Source of the DNA: a virus | Lineage: Duplodnaviria; Caudoviricetes | IMG/VR virus record: IMGVR_UViG_3300035661_000166 | Coordinates: 1 to 38,079 of that record | Reading direction: 5' to 3' (one strand) | DNA length: 38,079 nt | In this document: piece by piece, positions 35,185-38,079 of the stretch | How the letters are laid out: each line of letters opens with the position of its first letter | How positions within the stretch are numbered: position 1 is the stretch's first letter | The notes under the pieces: model-generated | The model's input: the letters and a program-made list of their open reading frames with translations, nothing else | What the model was told of the DNA's origin: nothing | The model's database searches: none | Translations under genes and position numbers: made by a program

Positions 35185-36678
35185 TTAGTATCCAGTTGTG
35201 ACGTTACGACCCATTTGATCATAACCCGAATCATGCAAATTATAATGGTATTCTTCTTCTTCCCGTTCCTGCTCTGTAGCAGCGTCCTGCACTTGATCCA
35301 GGATCAAGCCTACCCAACTAAGCGCATCTACTTGGTCATCATGACGGGACTTGGGAAAACGAACCATTTCATCTTCTAGTTCATGATACCAGTCAGAATC
35401 TTTATCGAAGCGAACACCACCTGCTCGTAGACGGGCTTGAAAGGCACGTGCCCTTGTTTGCTTATCCTTTGTAGGGGTCATGGGGTGCAAAGGAAGGAAG
35501 CGGTTTCTCTTTAGCATCTCTGCCCGAATAACAGGACCAAGGGACTTCTCGATAGTGCCACGTTCAACAACAAAGAGATCAGGCTTATATCGCTTATCTA
35601 CAGCAAACATCTCGTCAATGACTTCAAGAGAATCCCATCGACCCCTTCGCATATCCTCTACGTGGATAATACCCTTTTCATCTACTCCGACAACAGCAAT
35701 AGCTGTGTAGTCAGAACGGGCAACAGTAGAGACAGCAAAGTCAATAGCAACGTAGTATCGTTTCTCTTTCTTTTTGTCTTCCTCGGACTGTGGCAGGAAA
35801 TCCGAGCGTTTGAAGTAAGAGATTGTTTCATCAATCGGGTAGTTCAGATACTCTTGAGCGTAGATATCTGAAAGCCCCTTATTTGTTAAGTCTTCCTTAA
35901 GGCGCTGAAAGTATTCAGCAGTATACATATCAGGCCAGAGGATATGTGTAAAGTCCTCGTTATGTGCCCGATAGCGAATACTCTTCCAGAGGGAGCGAGT
36001 AACAAAGTTATATTCCTTGAGTGGTTCTACAATAGTAGACTTCAAGGAACTCTCGGGCATCAGGTTGTTGAGCAGAGAGTCCATATGCAGAATGGTACCT
36101 ACTACCCGAACAATGCCTCCCTTTGACATGGAAGGTAGAAGGGCACCCTCAAACCACCTTTTGAACTTCTCTCTTCGTTCTCTGTTGTAGACCTGTTCAT
36201 CGCTCTCAAGGTCATCACAAACAATCAAATCAGGACGAAGATTATTCCACTTGGTACCCCGTACTCTTTGCTCAGAGCCTTTGGCAATGATGCGAAAGGT
36301 AAACCCATCTTCAAAGGCTACGATAATGTCGTTGCCTGTATCCTTGATAAACTCTTTCACTTTGAAAAGGTTTATCAGGTCTTCGTTGTCCTTCAACTCG
36401 GTCTTGATGTCTCCGAGGAAGTTCACAGCCTGGCTCTCTGTATCAGAGACAATCATTACAAACCTACGCTCTCGGAATAGTACATTAGCAAGAACGTAAG
36501 CAAAGGTAATAGCTGTAGACTTACCATGTCTACGAGGTGCAGCAGCAGCTATATGGGTATGCTTGCTAGTGAATAACTCCCAGAGGTCTAGATGGAACTG
36601 TGGAGTACTTGTTCTTCCATCATACCTGCTAGAAAGCAAAGAGGTAGCAAACCCGTTAATAATACTTGCTGTTAGCAT
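35185..36678 (-). CDS. terL: Terminase large subunit
   Basis: Walker A APRRHGKST, Walker B LIVCDDLE, VVGT, nuclease IDFA, DYTA, HDDQVDA. Confidence 0.95.
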   Translation of the reverse strand: MLTASIINGFATSLLSSRYDGRTSTPQFHLDLWELFTSKHTHIAAAAPRRHGKSTAITFAYVLANVLFRERRFVMIVSDTESQAVNFLGDIKTELKDNEDLINLFKVKEFIKDTGNDIIVAFEDGFTFRIIAKGSEQRVRGTKWNNLRPDLIVCDDLESDEQVYNRERREKFKRWFEGALLPSMSKGGIVRVVGTILHMDSLLNNLMPESSLKSTIVEPLKEYNFVTRSLWKSIRYRAHNEDFTHILWPDMYTAEYFQRLKEDLTNKGLSDIYAQEYLNYPIDETISYFKRSDFLPQSEEDKKKEKRYYVAIDFAVSTVARSDYTAIAVVGVDEKGIIHVEDMRRGRWDSLEVIDEMFAVDKRYKPDLFVVERGTIEKSLGPVIRAEMLKRNRFLPLHPMTPTKDKQTRARAFQARLRAGGVRFDKDSDWYHELEDEMVRFPKSRHDDQVDALSWVGLILDQVQDAATEQEREEEEYHYNLHDSGYDQMGRNVTTGY

Positions 36679-36927
36679 TTATTTGTGCTTCTTCTGCTTC
36701 TCGCCTTTGTGGTGACCATTATCAGAACGATTAGCAGAAACAGAACGAAGACGGGTATTACCAAGAGACTTTGAACCACCGGAGCGAAGAGGTTTCTTGT
36801 GATCTACGTCCATACCCGGTTTACCTTTAGCACGTGCAGCCTTGTTCCGAGCTGCCCGATCTTTCTTTGCTTTAGGCGAAGAATGATGAAGTTCATACTC
36901 CCGTTTGTAATTCCGTTGTGCTTGCAA
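36679..36927 (-). CDS. Small HNH-like protein between the terminase subunits
   Basis: RNYKREY...DVDHKKPL..GG.....N.......NR. Confidence 0.8.
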   Translation of the reverse strand: MQAQRNYKREYELHHSSPKAKKDRAARNKAARAKGKPGMDVDHKKPLRSGGSKSLGNTRLRSVSANRSDNGHHKGEKQKKHK

Positions 36928-37525
36928 TTACTTCCCCTTGGATTTCAGTTGCCTTGCTGAACTTCTCGAATGTCTCAGCAAGTTTATTCAGTCGGTCATC
37001 TACGCCAATACGAGAGGAGATGGATGTAGGCTCTCCTCGGTTCAATCGTCTTTGGTTAGTAAGGTTTTGGAAAAGGGTAGCAAGAACTTTAGTATCTACG
37101 GGTTTACGACGGAGTTCTCCAGACCTTTGATCGTAGATGTAATCTCCGTTTTCCAACCTCTCAGAAAGATGCACAAGAGTCTTATCAAGAACCTTGTTGA
37201 TCTGTGCTCCCAACTCTTCGTTCTGTTCAACGTAGATTTGGTGAGTAAGGTCTATCCACCAAGGTTCCTGCTTCCAGGTACGGATGTGACCTTCAGGGAT
37301 ATTGGTGATCTTGGAGACTTGAAGAACATCTCCGTATACGGCATAGAGAGTACAAGCTTCAACCTTACGATCCAAGGAGAACCACTTAGGGTTCTTCTTC
37401 TCCCGAGTGGGAGGTCTTCCTCTTCGCTTACCCAGTACAATCTTCTTAGGCTCTCCTTCGACTACAACGTAGTAGCCAGAGTCCTTTTCTTCTCTTGTGT
37501 CAGCGGGTAGTTCAGAACGTAACAT
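36893..37525 (-). CDS. Putative terminase small subunit
   Basis: HTH-like VSKITNIP..HIRTWKQEPWW then a helical oligomerisation region; first gene of the late operon. Confidence 0.7.
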   Translation of the reverse strand: MLRSELPADTREEKDSGYYVVVEGEPKKIVLGKRRGRPPTREKKNPKWFSLDRKVEACTLYAVYGDVLQVSKITNIPEGHIRTWKQEPWWIDLTHQIYVEQNEELGAQINKVLDKTLVHLSERLENGDYIYDQRSGELRRKPVDTKVLATLFQNLTNQRRLNRGEPTSISSRIGVDDRLNKLAETFEKFSKATEIQGEVIASTTELQTGV

Positions 37526-37553
37526 GCAAGTCTCTATCTTTAATCTATAAAGT

Positions 37554-37583
37554 ATTATACCACAAAGATATGGTATATGTCAA
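37554..37583 (-). promoter_or_regulatory. sigma70 promoter for the late operon
   Basis: TTGACA, 18 nt, TATAAT preceded by TGG. Confidence 0.8.
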
Positions 37584-37746
37584 CAGGGGGGAGCACAAGA
37601 AGAGGAAGCGAAGAAAACTTAAGATCGGAATACTATAGTAAACTTAGTATACTTGGTCTCTCTTTCTTTTATTGCTGTTATTCTGTTTTTATCTAAGTAA
37701 ACTATAGTAAACCTAATATATATAATATATATATAATATAGTTTTT

Positions 37747-37775
37747 ATTATAGCATAAAAAAGAAAAGAAGTCAA
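37747..37775 (-). promoter_or_regulatory. Second upstream sigma70 promoter
   Basis: TTGACT, 17 nt, TATAAT preceded by TGC. Confidence 0.75.
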
Positions 37776-37956
37776 CAGCAGAGAGAGAAAATTTATAAAA
37801 TATTTTTATAGAAGAGAGCAGAGAGCAAAATCTCTAAAAATTTTATAAAAAATAGTAGGGTGTATATTTTAAAAAATTTTATCTCCAATTTTTCCCCCCA
37901 CCCCCCGCCCATCCTGCTTATCTCGCTACCATAAGTTAGTGCTCACTACCATATAT

Positions 37957-38035
37957 GTATATCGAAAGTTATAGACATATATCGAAAGATATAGATATAT
38001 ATCGGAAGTTATAGACATATAACGGAAGTTATATA
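37957..38035. repeat. 20-bp tandem repeat, about four copies (ATCGRAAGTTATAGACATAT)
   Basis: Units start at 37961, 37981, 38001 and 38021. Confidence 0.9.
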
Positions 38036-38079
38036 TCGAGGGTGTTGACTGACCGGTCAACTAAATAGCGAACTTGATA

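Noticed and set aside
14652-37510. Many + strand ORFs over the late module (e.g. 26261..26716, 33160..33744, 34384..34950, 36938..37510)
   Set aside because: Antisense shadows of well-supported minus-strand genes, with no motifs or SD support.
37957-38035. Mini-CRISPR array
   Set aside because: 20-bp head-to-tail units with no spacers.

Overview
Most of a lytic, short-tailed (podovirus-type) dsDNA phage genome, in two convergent halves meeting at a bidirectional terminator near 11.58 kb. The + strand (1-11.56 kb) is a T7-like replication/nucleotide module: primase-helicase, a family A DNA polymerase split in two around a small Cys-rich ORF, putative SSB, 5'-3' exonuclease, endonuclease I, DEDD exonuclease, DUF3310, a 3-TM holin and a class II ribonucleotide reductase (nrdJ). 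nrdJ is interrupted by two group I introns flanking a 35-nt active-site micro-exon; the first intron encodes a GIY-YIG endonuclease. The - strand (37.5-11.6 kb) is the late module: TerS, HNH, TerL, portal, GroES, scaffold, major capsid, adaptor, tail/fibre genes, ejection proteins and lysis genes, with near-consensus sigma70 promoters. Most notable: (i) three kinds of modifying enzyme around the ejection genes (cupin-SET methyltransferase fusion, ADP-ribosyltransferase domain in the large ejection protein, catalytically diverged PurD-like ATP-grasp ligase); (ii) a split nozzle gene with two alternative N-terminal modules; (iii) a 17-aa C-terminal tag shared by two unrelated proteins; (iv) the twin-intron nrdJ. 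All family calls come from motif recognition by eye; no database search was run. No tRNA, rRNA, CRISPR array, integrase or RNA polymerase was seen.
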